Below are positions 1 to 13,800 of a stretch of DNA of 64,000 nucleotides, piece after piece. The notes under the pieces are model-generated. The model had not been told where the DNA came from, did no database searches, and was given only the letters and a program-made list of their open reading frames with translations. Numbering within the stretch: the first letter of the stretch is position 1; each line of letters opens with the position of its first letter. Source of the stretch: Hydrolagus colliei (lineage: Eukaryota); the NCBI GenBank assembly GCA_035084275.1, contig CM068748.1, positions 16,182,001 through 16,246,000 on the forward strand. The letters run 5' to 3'. A program made the translations under genes and the position numbers.

Positions 1-208
1 GGAACATTTTACTAAAATAAATGATCCCTGCCATGGATTTGTATGGCATAGAAAGCTCAGGGCCATCACAGGCGATTTCAGACCAAGGCTTTCCATTTAC
101 CTTCAATCGGACTCCCATGACCAATATTCAGGAGTCTAATGGAACCAGAGTCTAGGAAAAAAACACAATGCTATAATTATGATCGACCCCAAATGTCTTC
201 AAGCCATA

Positions 209-210
<2 letters not shown>

Positions 211-250
<40 letters not shown>
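211..250. repeat. (AT)20 microsatellite
   Basis: Perfect AT dinucleotide run read directly from the sequence. Confidence 0.97.
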
Positions 251-256
<6 letters not shown>

Positions 257-1184
257 AGGGTTCAACAATGTATAACAATGGATATACCATACAACGTGCC
301 TTTCTACATTTGCAAGACGCAAATATTCTAGAAACAGTTTAATAAATAGAATTTTGCACTTACTAAAGCGTAGTGACATCTAGTGACAGATCACTGAAAT
401 TTCAGCAACCTTTCTAATTTTATCGGTGGGCTATTCAACTTGGGAAGGATTTTACTCTCTCTTGTTGATGAGCTGAACCTATGCTTACGTTGGACCATGA
501 TCTTAGGTGTAAGTGAGTTATGGTTACCTTTAACCCAAGCGACAGAAGCACCAGCCACATACGCTTTGGGATGTATTTCCGAATCAAATTCTTAATTTTA
601 AAATTCGACAGTAATTTTTACAGGTTACATTTTAGTTGACCAAACTCCAACAAAAGGGATACTGTCTCCATAAACTGTTGGCTTTCCATATGTCAGGAAC
701 AATAATTGGTATAGACCAAAGATATGTTTGCTGCTGGTGCCAACAGTTGCTGAGCCATATGCCTTGAGTGAATAAATTGAAAGTGACACTAAGAGGAATG
801 TGCTGCAAAGGCACTTTTTTAATTTTAAACCTTTTGTTATATTCGTTTTGGTTAACTTTGATAACTTAAGTTTAAACCTAAATTAAATACAGATGCTGCC
901 TGTTACGAATGCAAAGATTGTCAGTTTCCATTTCCAACCCCCCGGCGCTTGCTGAAGACATCCGATCTGCTACAGTTCTACGAGGGAGTCGACACCCGTG
1001 TTTGCACGCGTTCAACGTGCAGTAAAAAAGAACAGAAGCGGTCTGAGGGCATCTGTGAACCCTCCTGCATTGTACTCATGTAAGCGTGTTTTATTGTTAA
1101 AAAAAACTTGGCCCTTTGGACCAAAAGTGCTGCTTTCAGTGTAAATTGTTATCAGCGATAACGGATGATGAGGTGCAGGTATAC

Positions 1185-1228
1185 CTGAATGTGCTCAAAG
1201 GCCAGCAACCTACCACAAGAAGGAACCT
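1185..1228 (-). CDS. Weak candidate internal exon (44 nt) of the minus-strand host gene
   Basis: Minus strand reads ttttttttctaattag|AGGTTCC...ATTCAG|gtatac. Open readings include (E)VPSCGRLLAFEHIQ. The donor is weak and the peptide is not recognised. Confidence 0.2.
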
Positions 1229-1710
1229 CTAATTAGAAAAAAAACGCGCCTCTCAAGCCCTTTCTCGCATAATCTGAGTCAGAGAAACTGAGACGCAGCT
1301 CAAAGTCCACGGGAACAGAATGATGAGCTGATACATAATGATAAACCATATTGTGTGGGGCATAGAGTCAGCTAGATACTCTCAGGCCACAAGTATATTA
1401 CCTTATACAGACATGGCTGACATACATTTAAAGCTCTATACACATTAAGAACCCATTAGCCTGACAGATTAAAAGTTATCTTGAAGCTAATGTTTCCATT
1501 ATGTACAAGTTGGCACTGGAACAATCAACACTTTGTTCCTCATATGTCATACTTTGTTTAAAAAAACAGGAGGGTATCTTTGCATCCTTGAATGACATTG
1601 ACATGTTCAGCTTTGATGTAGACACTCGCTGTCTTCAGATTCACTGCTAGTGTCGAATGATCATCCTGTAGTGGTGATGACAGGAAAGGGTTGAATTATT
1701 TTTTTTTGGC

Positions 1711-1737
1711 GGGGGGGGGGGGGGGGGGGGGGGGGGG
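1711..1737. repeat. Poly-G tract (G27)
   Basis: Direct observation. Confidence 0.95.
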
Positions 1738-3352
1738 TCGGGGGAGGAGTAGGGAGTGAGCCAGCAAGCAAGGGGGAGTTAGCTCTCAAGACACAATTTC
1801 CACTCTGAAATATTGGTGCTCTTGAGGTTACTGGGGCCTTGTGTTAAACTAGAACCTCCAGGAAAAAACAAATTAATCAACAGGGCACTGAAGTGGGTTT
1901 AATGATTGCATTCTGCATACAATCAGCTTTTCCCATTCCAGGGCCATCAATATGTCAAAAAAAGACGTATCCAAAGGATGTAGCTCTTAACATCAAGGTT
2001 ATCTGTTCTCCACAAGGCTCTCGCTCCTTACTGCCCTGGTACTTTACGTTTAACATTTTCATCAACACTGCAATCAATCAAGGTAATAATGCTGTGCAAA
2101 AAATCAATTAACAATGCAATTAAACTTTCCTTATTATCTGAACAGCCTGAAATAATACCTGAAGGAAAAAGATAGACTCACAGAGTGCGAACATCCATAA
2201 CCACGTGTGAGACTGAATTATGGGTTCACCCAGAGATAGGGCGTGTAGTGGCATTGTTATTTTAGACTGGATATATCTCATGCAGACTCTTTATCAGTCT
2301 GCACCAACACCAGTCTTCAGAGTTACCATTCACCCTCCAGTCATTAGCAGAAAGATATGGCGAGTTCAGCAAACACTTCCGATCAAAGTGTGGTGAAGGT
2401 TAAAGCTAGGTTACCAAAACGAAGGCAGCAATCGGGATGTTTTATTGCACAAGAGCAGCAGAAAGGAGAAAATGCTACGATGCAAAAGGGAAAAAAAAAT
2501 CCAGGCAATTTTGCTTCATTAAAGTTAACTAACTGAAGGCAGAACCAATTAGTCATTATATTGTTTAGATTTTTGCTTCCTTACAGACTATTTGATATGG
2601 CAGCCATCTCCCCCAGACGGTACTGCAAACTTAAATCCAGAACCTTCAAAGTTAAGCTGACATTTGTTCTCTTCCAGTAAAAAATATTTAGTCCATTAAA
2701 CATAAATACCTGTCATTATGATACATGTACTGAGTACAAGTCTCCAGTTTTCCTCCAATGTTTATTACATCCAAACAACTGCAATGCCTGCATGTTTTCA
2801 ACTTTAGTGTATTGATTAAACTTTTAAATGCCTGCCATATAACCTAGGGACATCAGAAAGATTAATTTGCGTCAATGTTCATCTGTAATTCATTAGCCAT
2901 TTATACTCTACAACCACATGGACTATCAAGAAAATGCATGCCATTTTTCACTATAGCCGGGCTTGGAAGCAAATCTTGGCAGTTCCACTGCATAAAATTA
3001 GGACACAGGGGCCTGTCCTTTTACAGAACATTGCTATGTATTGCCAAAGTGCAACTAATTAAAGGAACAGGAGATACACAAAAAAAAACTGAAACAGCAT
3101 TCTGCTTTCTATAATGTGCAATAAACGGCACCATAAATTGCCTGTTATTGGGAGCCAAACAATTTAGGGATTTTTGTAACCTAAATACCCAATTAATCTA
3201 TATTGTTAAACTGATTGGTTCAAGATCAAAATATTGGAAGCACTCTGATGTTCCTCTGAAGCAAGGAGCTCAGTCTGATAGGGACAACCCGGTAAATTCT
3301 CGCTGCAGTATTTTCTCTAAAATAAAATCTGTTTACATGTGTTCTTCTGCAC

Positions 3353-3757
3353 AAACAAACAACAACAAAATTACATTTGTACAGAGCCTTTCAAGTTGGA
3401 GGACGTACCAAGTTGCTGGACAGTCAGTGTTTCATACCCAAGCTGGGGTCGGGATCAGTGAGGGTGGACGGAAAGGAGGGGATATGGGGTGACCGATGGG
3501 ACTGTCGAAGAGGAGGGTCTTGAGGCGGTATTGAAGGAGCCTATGGAAGGTGCAAGTTGGAGGGATTGCGGGATGGAATTCCAGATGTTGGGGGCAGAGT
3601 GGTTGAAAGCTCACCTGTTGATGGTGGGGCGGGTGGGTTGGGGTACATGGAGCAGCCCGGAGCCCATTGGTTGGAAGAAGTAGGCTGGTTGGTAGGGGGG
3701 GGTTAGGAAGTCACAGAAATAGGGTAGGGCAAGGCCATTGAGGGCTTTAAAGGTGAC
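3353..3757 (-). mobile_element. L2 LINE 3' fragment (ORF2 C-terminus, 3' UTR and (TTG)n tail)
   Basis: Minus-strand translation TFKALNGLALPYFCDFLTPPYQP...GSGLLHVPQPTRPTI resembles the L2 ORF2 C-terminus. The tail matches other copies in the window. Confidence 0.9.
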
Positions 3758-4811
3758 ATATTGGTGGTGGAAACGTGTAGCATGAACTGAAATACATAAT
3801 TTACTCTTCATTATTTTTGGATTCACAATCGATCCACTGATTAATTATTCCACAGTCATAGGATATTTGGATTCAAATGCAAATGATTTGTTTCAGAGCT
3901 TTGGGCCCTAACAAGTTGCATATTCCTGTACAATAACCATAAACAGCCAGATCGCCACACAGCCCTTTAAAGAACGAGAAGCACACACCACCTCTTTAGA
4001 GAAGATTCTGCCAGCTTCTGGTGGACATACTCTGTTATTGGCTATACAACACTGCCATTTTATAAAAGTATTTGTTATTAAGGACATCAAGTGGTCAAGA
4101 TTCCATTAATATAAAAGTCTAAATAGTGTTTCTTTTAAAATTACAGTAATCTCATTTTACATCCATTCTTTGTGCCCCTCATGTTGAGTTTCTGAAGAAA
4201 ATCAATATAATTTACCTAACTGGTCTCAAGCATTAAACACAATATTGCTTTGGAGGCATATGCCATTGAATAAACAAATTTATTGAACCAAATGGAAAAT
4301 GTTTCAAGAAATACTGCAATACGATTACAAGTCAGATGTAATCTTGCCACTCAGTGAAATCTATTACCACATACAAAACTCCTTCCTGTGAGATCAAGTC
4401 ATTTGCAACACAAAACATCTTAAGAAATGGTTGCTAATCAATAGAAGAATCAATATTGATTTGCAATTTATTCAGAAAGATCTGGAAGGGTTACTATAAG
4501 CCTATTAATTAGTGAATATGATGATGCTTTGACATGCCATCATGAATCCATAACCAGGAGTGAAATTTTTCATCACAATCAGTATCGTTTGTACATTGAA
4601 TGATCAAGCAATGGAAAAATCTGAATTTCTCTCCAAAAGAACCTACAATTACTGCAAGTGTGTTGATTCTGTTTTCTTTCACAAAATTGATAACTCATAT
4701 GCTCCTGAAAATACTAAACATAAATATATTAAGGTACATCCTCAGAGTAATATTAATAATGCTTGCATTTGACGAAGTATACCTGCACCCTTGAGCTGTT
4801 ACTTCAGTTAC

Positions 4812-4887
4812 CTGTAACGAAGGATGTAAACAGACCCTTCCATTATTTAATAGACAGTACAACTCAGTGACAATCGATTCAAAGCCC
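4812..4887 (-). CDS. Candidate internal exon (76 nt, phase 2 to 0), GFESIVTELYCLLNNGRVCLHPSLQ
   Basis: ctttatggttccag|GGGC...TTACAG|gtaact. The only open frame is phase 2, matching the phase-2 end of exon 32218-32344. The peptide is not recognised. Confidence 0.25.
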
Positions 4888-5126
4888 CTGGAACCATAAA
4901 GAGCTTACTTCATGGAACTAGTCATAGTCTATATACACATTAAACATGAACTAACCACAAACAGGTTTTTATTATAATTCAGCGTGTACAGAACCAAAAA
5001 TATTAACCACAGTATAATATTCCACCCACAGGTAAAACACTACACTGGAGCGGAACCAATGAGGACTTTTAAAAAAAAAAGATCCAGTGGCAAACAGGGA
5101 GAATGTTACCACTGATTTTCAGCGGT

Positions 5127-5298
5127 AACAACAACAACAAAATTGCACTTATATAGCACCTTTCACGTCAGGAGGACGTCCCAAAGCGTTGAACAGTCAG
5201 GTCGGGACTCGAGCAGGGGTGGGGGAGGGTCAGGGGAAGGGGAAGGAGTGTGGGAGAGGGGGAAGAGTTGGTGGGACAGCCAAATCCCATCAAAGAGG
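5127..5298 (-). mobile_element. L2 LINE 3' UTR fragment
   Basis: aacaacaacaacaaaattgcacttatatagcacctttcacgtcaggaggacgtcccaaagcg tail followed by 3' UTR sequence shared with the 3353-3757 copy. Confidence 0.85.
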
Positions 5299-5384
5299 AT
5301 TCAGTGAGTCCCACATCTCCTTGATTATAGGAGTGAAATTAGTTGCATAGGGTAAGAATGAAAGCCCCACTACAATTAGCAAGG

Positions 5385-5605
5385 TGTCAGTATGGCTCAG
5401 TTGGCAACACTATTTCCTCTGAGTCAGAAACTCAGAAGGTTCTGTGTTCCAAGCCCCATGTTAGAACTTTGAGCTCTCAGTCATTTTGGGGATGTGCTAC
5501 CATGTTCACCTACAAGATATACAAAGAATGCAATACATCTTGTGAAGCACTTTGAGACATCCTCCCAATGTGAAAGACGCTATAGCAAATGCAAGGATGA
5601 TGATA
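5385..5605 (+). mobile_element. tRNA-headed SINE (degenerate, internally deleted)
   Basis: A-box-like TGGCTCAGTTGG head and tail gtgaagcactttgagacat...gctatagcaaatgcaaggatgatgat. Confidence 0.7.
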
Positions 5606-5745
5606 ATAATAATAGCATTTGATATTGCACTTTTCACATCTTCTGGAAGTCGCAAAGCGCTTCACAAATATACTGTACGTGAATTGACTGCATATTTGTT
5701 GGGGGAAAGCAGCAGCCAATTGCACAGAGCAGTGATAGTTATGAA
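5606..5745 (-). mobile_element. Deu-domain SINE 3' part, tail-to-tail with the previous copy
   Basis: Reverse complement of the SINE tail and core (gcagccaattgcacagagcagt). Confidence 0.8.
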
Positions 5746-6596
5746 TACTCTCCATGTCCATCTCAGCAAAGTCACAATTTGGGGAACTCTGCAAGTTGTG
5801 ATTTATATAATGATTCAAAGAAGATTTCATACGTCAGAAGGATGTGGGTAATTGAAGAAACACTACAAGCAAGATTTCCACAAATTGTATGTGTCAGCTG
5901 CCTGTGTTACATAGAATGTCCTCAGGTAAAACAAAGTTACACTTAAATTTAACTTTATTCCCCACCCGGCAGCTGAATTCAGCTGTTGCGTGATTCTGGG
6001 ACTCATCTTCAAAGTGCAATGGCAACCGAGAATGACAGACAATAACACAGGACAGACGAGTGGCAAGTCCTCAAACTTCAGCTTTGAGCTATACGAAGAC
6101 TGACGATAAATTATTACCAGAGTGCACTGACCTCCCAGCAGGCAGTATTTTTACACTTTCCACAAGATGAAAAGTATAAAAATACTGCCCACTGAGAAGG
6201 CATTACGCTCTTGAAATTACATTTTATTGTCAGTTTGCGCTAAGCATAGTGTTAAAGTTTGTAAGTATTGAATTCAACTGCCAATGTTGCTGTAGTCGCA
6301 AAGAATCACATTCAAGTACCACAGAGCTCCTAAAAGGAGTGATGGTTGTTGCATCTGTACTGCTATGGAAGACAGCCACCAAATAAATCAATTGGCATTT
6401 CTTATGCACCCTTCACACAGGGCAGTGCCTCGAAGCATCGTATAAAGATGCAGTCAGACATTGAACAAGGGAGAGAGGACGGGTTGGTGGCCGTATTTGT
6501 GGTTGAAGAAGATTTAACGCGAGACTCAAGTGTGCCATACAGAGGGTGAGATGGAGGGAGAGTAAGGAGATCCAGAGATTAGAGATGCAGTATTTG

Positions 6597-6646
6597 AAAT
6601 ACATTTGTATAGCGCCTTTCATGTCGGGAGGACGTCCCAAGGTGCG
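6597..6646 (-). mobile_element. L2 tail-only fragment
   Basis: acatttgtatagcgcctttcatgtcgggaggacgtcccaaggtgc matches the L2 3' end. Confidence 0.8.
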
Positions 6647-9029
6647 GTGACATCCCAAGTGCAGCTTATCAGGTGTGTGTTGGAGACTCCCAAATGTTTT
6701 AAAGGGATCAACCCAAAAAATGTATGCACCACCTGTGAAGGAATGTAAAATAAAGAACAGAATGTTTTTGTATCAGGAGAAAGGGAAAAATGTAACAGAA
6801 GATGTTGTGTGTTGTGTTCGTTTGAATTTCTGTTGTACCAAATACATTTATAAATAAATATATACTTTCAATATAAATATTATATAGTAATAAATATAAA
6901 ATATATTTTCAAAAAAGGCTACTGTGATGAATGCATTAATTTCATGATTTACAAATAGTCGTTAATGAAGTTGAGCAATGCATTACATTGAAGAGTTAAC
7001 TGCCAGACAGTACAGTGCACTAAATATTATACCTGGCCCATGATTATTCTTAGTATATATGTACATCTTAAACTTAATTATTGACAGTAGATCTCACCCT
7101 CAAGTCACTGATCTCAAAATAGTATTTAAAAGTCAATTTGCATTTCAAAATCAGAAACTTGAAAGGAAATCCATATCCCTAACACAGTTCAGACGTCAGT
7201 GGTATTGGGTGACAGATGTTCCTTCAGAGACAAGGGGAGGTTACAACATAAATACTGACAGCAAGATTTTCAGTGAATGTAGAGCAACCTACTATTGTTA
7301 CAATCCTCCAAGTAAATGATCATCGAACTAAACTGGAACATATTTTTTGTAGTTCCACACGCAAGGAACAAAGATTTACTGCAGTGTAATACTTCATTAC
7401 CACCTGCAGGTGCAAACAACAGGGCCCTACAGATGGAGAGGGATTTTGTTTTTGAGGGTGGGGTGGGTGGGGAGAATTATTGGTTGAAACATCCAGTGCC
7501 AAACTGAGGAAAATTGGTTTCTTTGATTTCCATTAATACCCAAAATAAAGTTTAGTGAATCCCACATTTCTTTGTTAAAAGGGATAAAACAGTTGTAATG
7601 AGCGGGATTGCAGCTTCATTACAATACACAGCACATACGGCAACTCCTACCCCTCCTCCCTTCCCAACCATGTCCATCTTGAAGGAGTACTCATCATCCT
7701 CCACCAGTAGCCTGCTCTTTGAAGCTTCCGCAGGGACCAAGTAGCCTCAGATCTCTGCTAGGGGCAAGAATTTGAGGCAGACGAGATCTTCTTTAAACAG
7801 CATTCATCAACTGAGGAAGACTGAGATCTTGTCAAGATTGGAGTAAAGTATGGGCCCCCTGTGAAGAATGCTCACTCCGCTGAAAAATGACTGAACATAA
7901 AAAGATCTTGTAAATAAAGCCAATTATAAACACAATTTAAAGTCAGGGATTTTTTCCCCCCTCTGATTTATGTATTGTTTTCTACCACTGGATACCAATT
8001 TGTACCCAGAAAAGAAAACAGGGTTAAGAAATTTGATGTGCAATGTGGTCATTTCAATCGGCAAAAATTACAGGTCAGGAAACATCCTTTAATTGTCGAC
8101 TCCTTTGGGTGCGATTGCCCTTTGTAATACTACCCTTCCAAACCAATGTTGTTTTGTGGGATAGTGCCCTCATTTTGTTTCTCTCTTCAACAGCAAAGCT
8201 TTCAGCATCAAGCAGTTCATCATCGTAAACCTGGTCAGTCTGTGTGCGACAGTAAAGCTCATCCTAGGGATGACTGCTCAGGACCCCTCATAGAAAATGT
8301 TAAGTCAATTTTGCGTACAGTTCTTACAATAAGACGACCCCCTAAAAACCAGGCTGACACATTTATATGCATTTCCAAATAAATTGGAATAGAGGGCAAA
8401 GGTTCCTTCTGGACAGATAAAATAACATGAAAGGATTTTGCTACACATGCCAAAGAAAGTATGCTCATCTGATAGAAATTTAAAAAGAGAAGGTTGCCAG
8501 AAACCAGGGGAATGCTGCCACAGCACTCATTCACGTGGGCTGGAAGATGCCAGATTTGAAATAAAAAATGGTGTCAGCTGAATAGCAGAATCTGTTTACC
8601 ATGTGTTTTCAGTCAAAGAACATTCAAGGATGAAATTTTAGGCAAATATAAGCGGTATTATAAGTCAACTGTGGGAATTAAACACACATTTTTATATAAT
8701 TTTAAAATAAAACAACAGGAGCTACTTAAGAAATCGAACAACACCAAATGACAACTGTCATAAAACATTTGTGTACTGTATTGTATTCTTTGCCAATTCA
8801 GCTACAAGGAAAGTGATCTTAAGGGCCAATGCACTGCACTATGTATATTTTGTGACTAAGAAAGAAATCTTCTACGATCATGTAATGATCATATTCATTC
8901 AATATGATAAAAGTTACTATCTCTTCATTGGATGAGTTCCAACACCTGCAATATTTTGCATCTATATAGTGCTTGTATGCAGGATAGTGACTAGGGCTGA
9001 AAATTCCACCTATATCTATGTTTGCCTCA

Positions 9030-9295
9030 TCAGATCCTTATCCTTCAATGCATTGACTTTAAAATCCTCAATCTAATTTTCAAATAGTTTTCATGTCCTT
9101 TCTCCACTCAACCTCTGTAATTTGCTGCAAGCATTCTCTCCCATCCATTCCCTCCCCTCAACTTTGTATTGTTCAATTATCAGTAGGAGAGCCTTCCGTT
9201 ACTTCACTCCAGATTTCTGGAAATCCATCCCTAAATCCCTACATCTTGGATCCTCCCTCTCAGCTTTCGAAATCCTTCTTTTAAAAAATACTTTC
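9030..9295 (+). mobile_element. Old, diverged L2 ORF2 C-terminal fragment
   Basis: cattgactttaaaatcctc...gccttccgttacttcactccagatttctggaaatccatccct...ttcgaaatccttcttttaaaaa corresponds to the IDFKIL...AF.....P..WNS.P...FKS.LK pattern. Confidence 0.6.
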
Positions 9296-9589
9296 ACTGG
9301 ACCTTCGGTTCTCTCCTTCCTAACCTTCGATCTCTGTTTTGGCTCCCAGCAGTTGTTGTTGTTAAGTACATGTAGTTTATCTCTACTGGGGCTCCCCTAC
9401 GGCTCAGTTAACTAAGCCACTTTTGAATGTGAAATTGACTATGGATAGCTTCAATCAGTTCTGGCTCTGCTTATTTTAACTAAAGTGGTTGTTGGAGAGC
9501 CACAAATAACATCAGGATCCCTTAGTTAGAAGTGGGGCTGGAGGAAGAGGGAGAAATCTGATGGTCTCCCTTTATTATTTATGACATCT

Positions 9590-9823
9590 AGGCAGGGTGA
9601 AACCTTGGGCACGTTTCCTTATTCCACATGCCTAATAATAATCCCTCAAAAAAAAAGTCATTTCAATCCACGACTGTTTGTTGGACTGTTTGTGCGAAAT
9701 TAACTGCCATGTTTCGCCCACAAAGTATACAGTGAATTCACTTTACAGTATATTCTGTGAAGCACTTTGAGACTTCTAGAAGACGTGAAAAGTGCCATAT
9801 CAAATGCAAGGATTATTATTATT
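9590..9823 (+). mobile_element. Deu-domain SINE, 5'-truncated
   Basis: aaaccttgggcacgtttcctt...tctgtgaagcactttgagacttctagaagacgtgaaaagtgccatatcaaatgcaaggattattattatt. Confidence 0.9.
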
Positions 9824-12800
9824 TAGAAAAGCTGGAAGAGAAAATACAGTGTGTGGATATCGGAACAGTGTAGGATTAGTCTTAATTGTGATATCACTCC
9901 CCCCCCAACCACTCCATCTCTGAGATGAATCCTATGCTAGTATACATGCTTCATGCTTGCACAAAGAATGTCTGCAGTACAAAATGCAAGGAGGTGGCTG
10001 GAATCCGTGTTACTCTACCAGCCAGCAGAATTCAACATTTTCAGGCGAGGAGGAAAGAAACTGGAAATTCCATTCAGTATTTGCAAAATATATCCCATAC
10101 TTGTGATGTACACCCTGACAAAATCAGTCTCAAGTATAAATAGGCCTAAGGGACTGCCTAAAGTCCAAATTGATGACATTTACATACTTGTTACTTTTTT
10201 TTAAATATAAAAAGGAATCAGCAAAGAAACTCAAAGAAGATCCCCCTCCGGGAGTCTCAAAACAAAGGAAGACTGAAATGAGACTGTTCAAATTATGTTT
10301 GAGATTAAATGCTATTGGAGATGCTCTTGTATATTAATGCAATCTACTCGTGTTCTCCAAAAAGCTGAGTATTAAATGAAAGTATTTGCACTTTGCTGCC
10401 AAGAGACAGTGCATCTCAGAAATAAAAAGCACTAGATATCATATTGGTTTCAGCTATCTCTAAATGGTACTATTAAAGTGACAGATTGTGGCATTCTGTA
10501 GCATGCGCTTGACTTTAAACATTCCTGTGGAATGAAAAAGGGCTACTGATATCAGGCGTAATCCTGGGAGTTTTCCTTTTGAAATAAAATACACAAAAAG
10601 GAAATTTAATTCTCAAGGAAATAACGTTATGGGAAGCAGAGGATCACATCGAGGAACTAATTTAAGTGAAATTGAAATGAATTTTATTGACATTTATTCT
10701 TTCTAGTGGAAAGTTGGACAAGGCATAGAGTTGCTCTGGTACCCTGAGATAAGAGAACAGTAATCTAAGTTGTAGAAGTGGTTATGATCACAGATTTAAT
10801 CCTGGTAGTGGTACCTTGTCCCACGTGACCCATCAGAGAGGATTTCATGTGTAACTGACAAACATTGGAGACCAATCAGATTTTCCATAATAGTCTTTCC
10901 TTTGGAAAACATTCCAGGAAAGTACATTAATTGATGCAGACAAAGTAATTTGGGGGAGTTTGTCATTGTCACAATATTAGCAACAACGGATAAAGATGGA
11001 GCTTTTCATTTTGATTGGAAACTTTCTGCTCGACTATCTTTCTTGCAGACAGATATTTCCAAAAGGAAGCACTTTTGTCATGCTTTTTTTTCCCTTCAAT
11101 GTTCCATGAAAGCAGCTGAACATTTAAAACAGCATGAGAAACACACTTTTTTTTTGAACAAAGTATGTCTGCATGCAGCCATGAGATCAGAAGAGAATCT
11201 CCGGGGAGCCGTTGTACTCATCAAAAGTAATTTACATTTCCCTGCTGAAGAATCTTTGAGAGACAGGATGATCTTCATCTATGTGAAGACTACCGTGACT
11301 TCTCGCCTCAGATCAAGTGTAGCAAAGGGACTGTTCATCGTGGAAGTGAGCCACACAAACCAGGAAGGAGCGGACCGAAGATTCGGAAATCAGCATTACA
11401 GTGCCTTTCACCCAATAGAGCAATTTCCCCTCTGGTTCCCTAGGCCAGGGTGGCTGAGGTCAATTGGCTGACATCAATTTTCCCCCCACCCCTACCACAA
11501 CCGCTCACAATTGCCCTGACTAACTACCTCTGAGGGGGACCTCCCTGGTCTGTATTGCTCAGCACCTAACCTGGTAGTGTCTTTATCAATCTCCACTAAA
11601 GGATGATCTCCACTGCACCACTTACAATGTACGTACTGTATGCTATAAAGTACCATATGTATAAACGTTGGTAGCAATTTGTAACATTTTATCAACATTC
11701 ACTGATGATTACGGTACCTACACTGTTTCCTTTTTGAGGCAAATCTCTTTCTATTGTTTTCCTACCATCTTATTCCAAATTATTGACAGCCTGCACCACA
11801 CCAGGGCATACATCCATACCATTCCTTTTCCTGCCTGCCTACCAGTCTTGTTGCAAAGCCAAATGAAATTCAATAGCAAAGTTGCACAATATCACAACTT
11901 TGTTGTTGCACTGAAACAATACTGTCTGGAAATTCAACCAACACTATGAAAACTGGACCATTATTCATTTTCTAGCCACGTGACCTCATAAGCTTAAGCT
12001 TTCAGTCACCGTGTATCATGGCCGGCAGGGTGGTGGAGGTGGGGGGGTGAACAGTGAAAACACCCAATACATGTGATGTGTGTGATGTGGATTGAATTGA
12101 GTACATTTTACCCTGAACAAGAATATACCACAAATAAAATAATAATAGTCCTTGCATTTGTTGCATCGCCTTTCACACCGGATTTACCATGACTTGTAGT
12201 GAGTGTGTATTTTATAGGCAAACATGGATTATATGAGTTGCAGAAGCTGCAGTTGCTTGTGAGAAAGGTTTTATTACAATTTCACTGATGAATTATAGGA
12301 CTTTCACGGTTGTAAGACGCCCTTTAATAGTCTGCTACCGTTGCACTATCCTGTATTTAATAAGCAATCCAGACAGTTTCTACTCACTGAACATTTTATC
12401 TAGATTTACTTTCAAGAAGTTTCGGTATGTTGATAACTGAATCTATGTGTATTTGGAAATAATCATTTTCCTCTGTCCATCATCTTTACAAATCCAAATT
12501 AATTCAAATATATACCAACTCCAGTGTGTTTCATGTAGAAACCACATCCAAAGAGCTTGTCTAAGCCAAAAACATTCGAGAGCTTGACAGAAATCTAAAC
12601 AAACCGCAAAATGCTGTCCAAAATGTAACAGTAATAAATAAATCATGTCTGATTGTGGGGGCCCAGTACTAGAAATGCAAACAGCAGATGAGCTCTGATA
12701 CACTGAATCACTGAGATCTATTTAACAGGCAGCTCTGTAAATAGTTCACCAAAAATAAATAAATCTGTGCTCATGATTATGAATAAACTGTATATTGAAG

Positions 12801-13454
12801 CATTGAGCACACAAGACTAATGCTTCGCCTATGTAAAGCACACAGTGGAGATTCCAGGATTTTTGTCCTAAAGCAGAAAAATTATATAAAAACTTGGACT
12901 GCTTCCCACATCATAAAGCACAAAGCTGCTGAAACACAAACAGGTTAATAAATGGCCTAAATAATATTTCCATTGCTGATATGAGAGACATTGACGGATT
13001 CTCGGTCAAAGAAAAAGTTTCAGACAATGAAACCGAGGAAGATTTAAATAATGACAAGAAAGAAATGAAGAACTAAATGCTAGTGGACATATTTTGGCAG
13101 AAGTTATTGACTGCCAAAAATGAAAAACATGTGCCATTTGAGCTAATGATATGTTGGTTATTTGTTGAGAAATTGTGTGGCGCAGAAAGCTCAAAATAAG
13201 TGATCTAAAACATGGCATAGTCAGGAATATAGACATCACATCTCCTGAAATGTGACTCAAGAAGTTCAAAGTCTGATTCTTTTCTGGCTGTTACCATTGC
13301 CATTATCTATGATGTTAACAGTGAGTTTTTTAATCTAAATTCATACCAGCCTAATAATCCTCAGCCTCACGAAATCGCCATGCGACTGAATTTTACAGTT
13401 TAAAAAACTGAAGTGTAAGTCTTGAAACCTGAATATGCTACTTTTCCAATAACC

Positions 13455-13800
13455 TGAGGGTAATAGCTTGGTCATCTTAAGTCCAAAACACATGGAGCAG
13501 AAGGCCGTGGTTTGATTCCCAGTCTATACTGACAAAGTTCATCTCACCTGGGACGCAATGCAAGTGCTACAATTGGCTTGGAACCCTTGGGCTAAGGAAA
13601 GAAAAAATGTCAGCCAGTGTTGCCACTCTTGATAGCTATCCAGTTACCTCTGTTGGAAAGCAGCTGTCTGTAGACTGCACACTAGATTGGCCTGGCAGCA
13701 TCACTGTCTGGGCTCACACATGAAGAATGCCGGCTTGGATGCAGTCCAGAAAGTTCCAAGCACAAAACACACTGACAGCCATGTATCACGACATGGTAAG
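13455..13800 (+). mobile_element. Old SINE-like dispersed repeat (second family), near full length
   Basis: B-box-like GGTTTGATTCC, plus motifs ctacaattggc...cccttgggcta and gctcacacatgaagaatg that recur at about 46.2, 49.3, 53.1, 55.7 and 37.0 kb. Confidence 0.65.

Noticed and set aside
139-379. ORFs with (IY)n runs
   Set aside because: Artefact of the (AT)20 microsatellite.
528-590. Exon candidate FDSEIHPKAYVAGASVAWVK with an AAG|gtaacc donor
   Set aside because: The acceptor lacks a pyrimidine tract and its phase is incompatible with the neighbouring candidates.
889-1330. Possible C/D snoRNA (acagatgc/gcatctgt ends, ATGATGA and CTGA motifs)
   Set aside because: The boxes and terminal stem do not line up in canonical geometry, and it is antisense to the host gene.
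7637-7880. GC-richer minus-strand exon-like block ending MDMVGKGGGVGVA|gtatgt
   Set aside because: Stops in all frames from the acceptor; it could be a UTR exon, but nothing in the sequence supports that.
10950-11471. 173-aa ORF
   Set aside because: TTG start, no recognisable domain, runs through T-tracts and into a repeat; consistent with a chance ORF.
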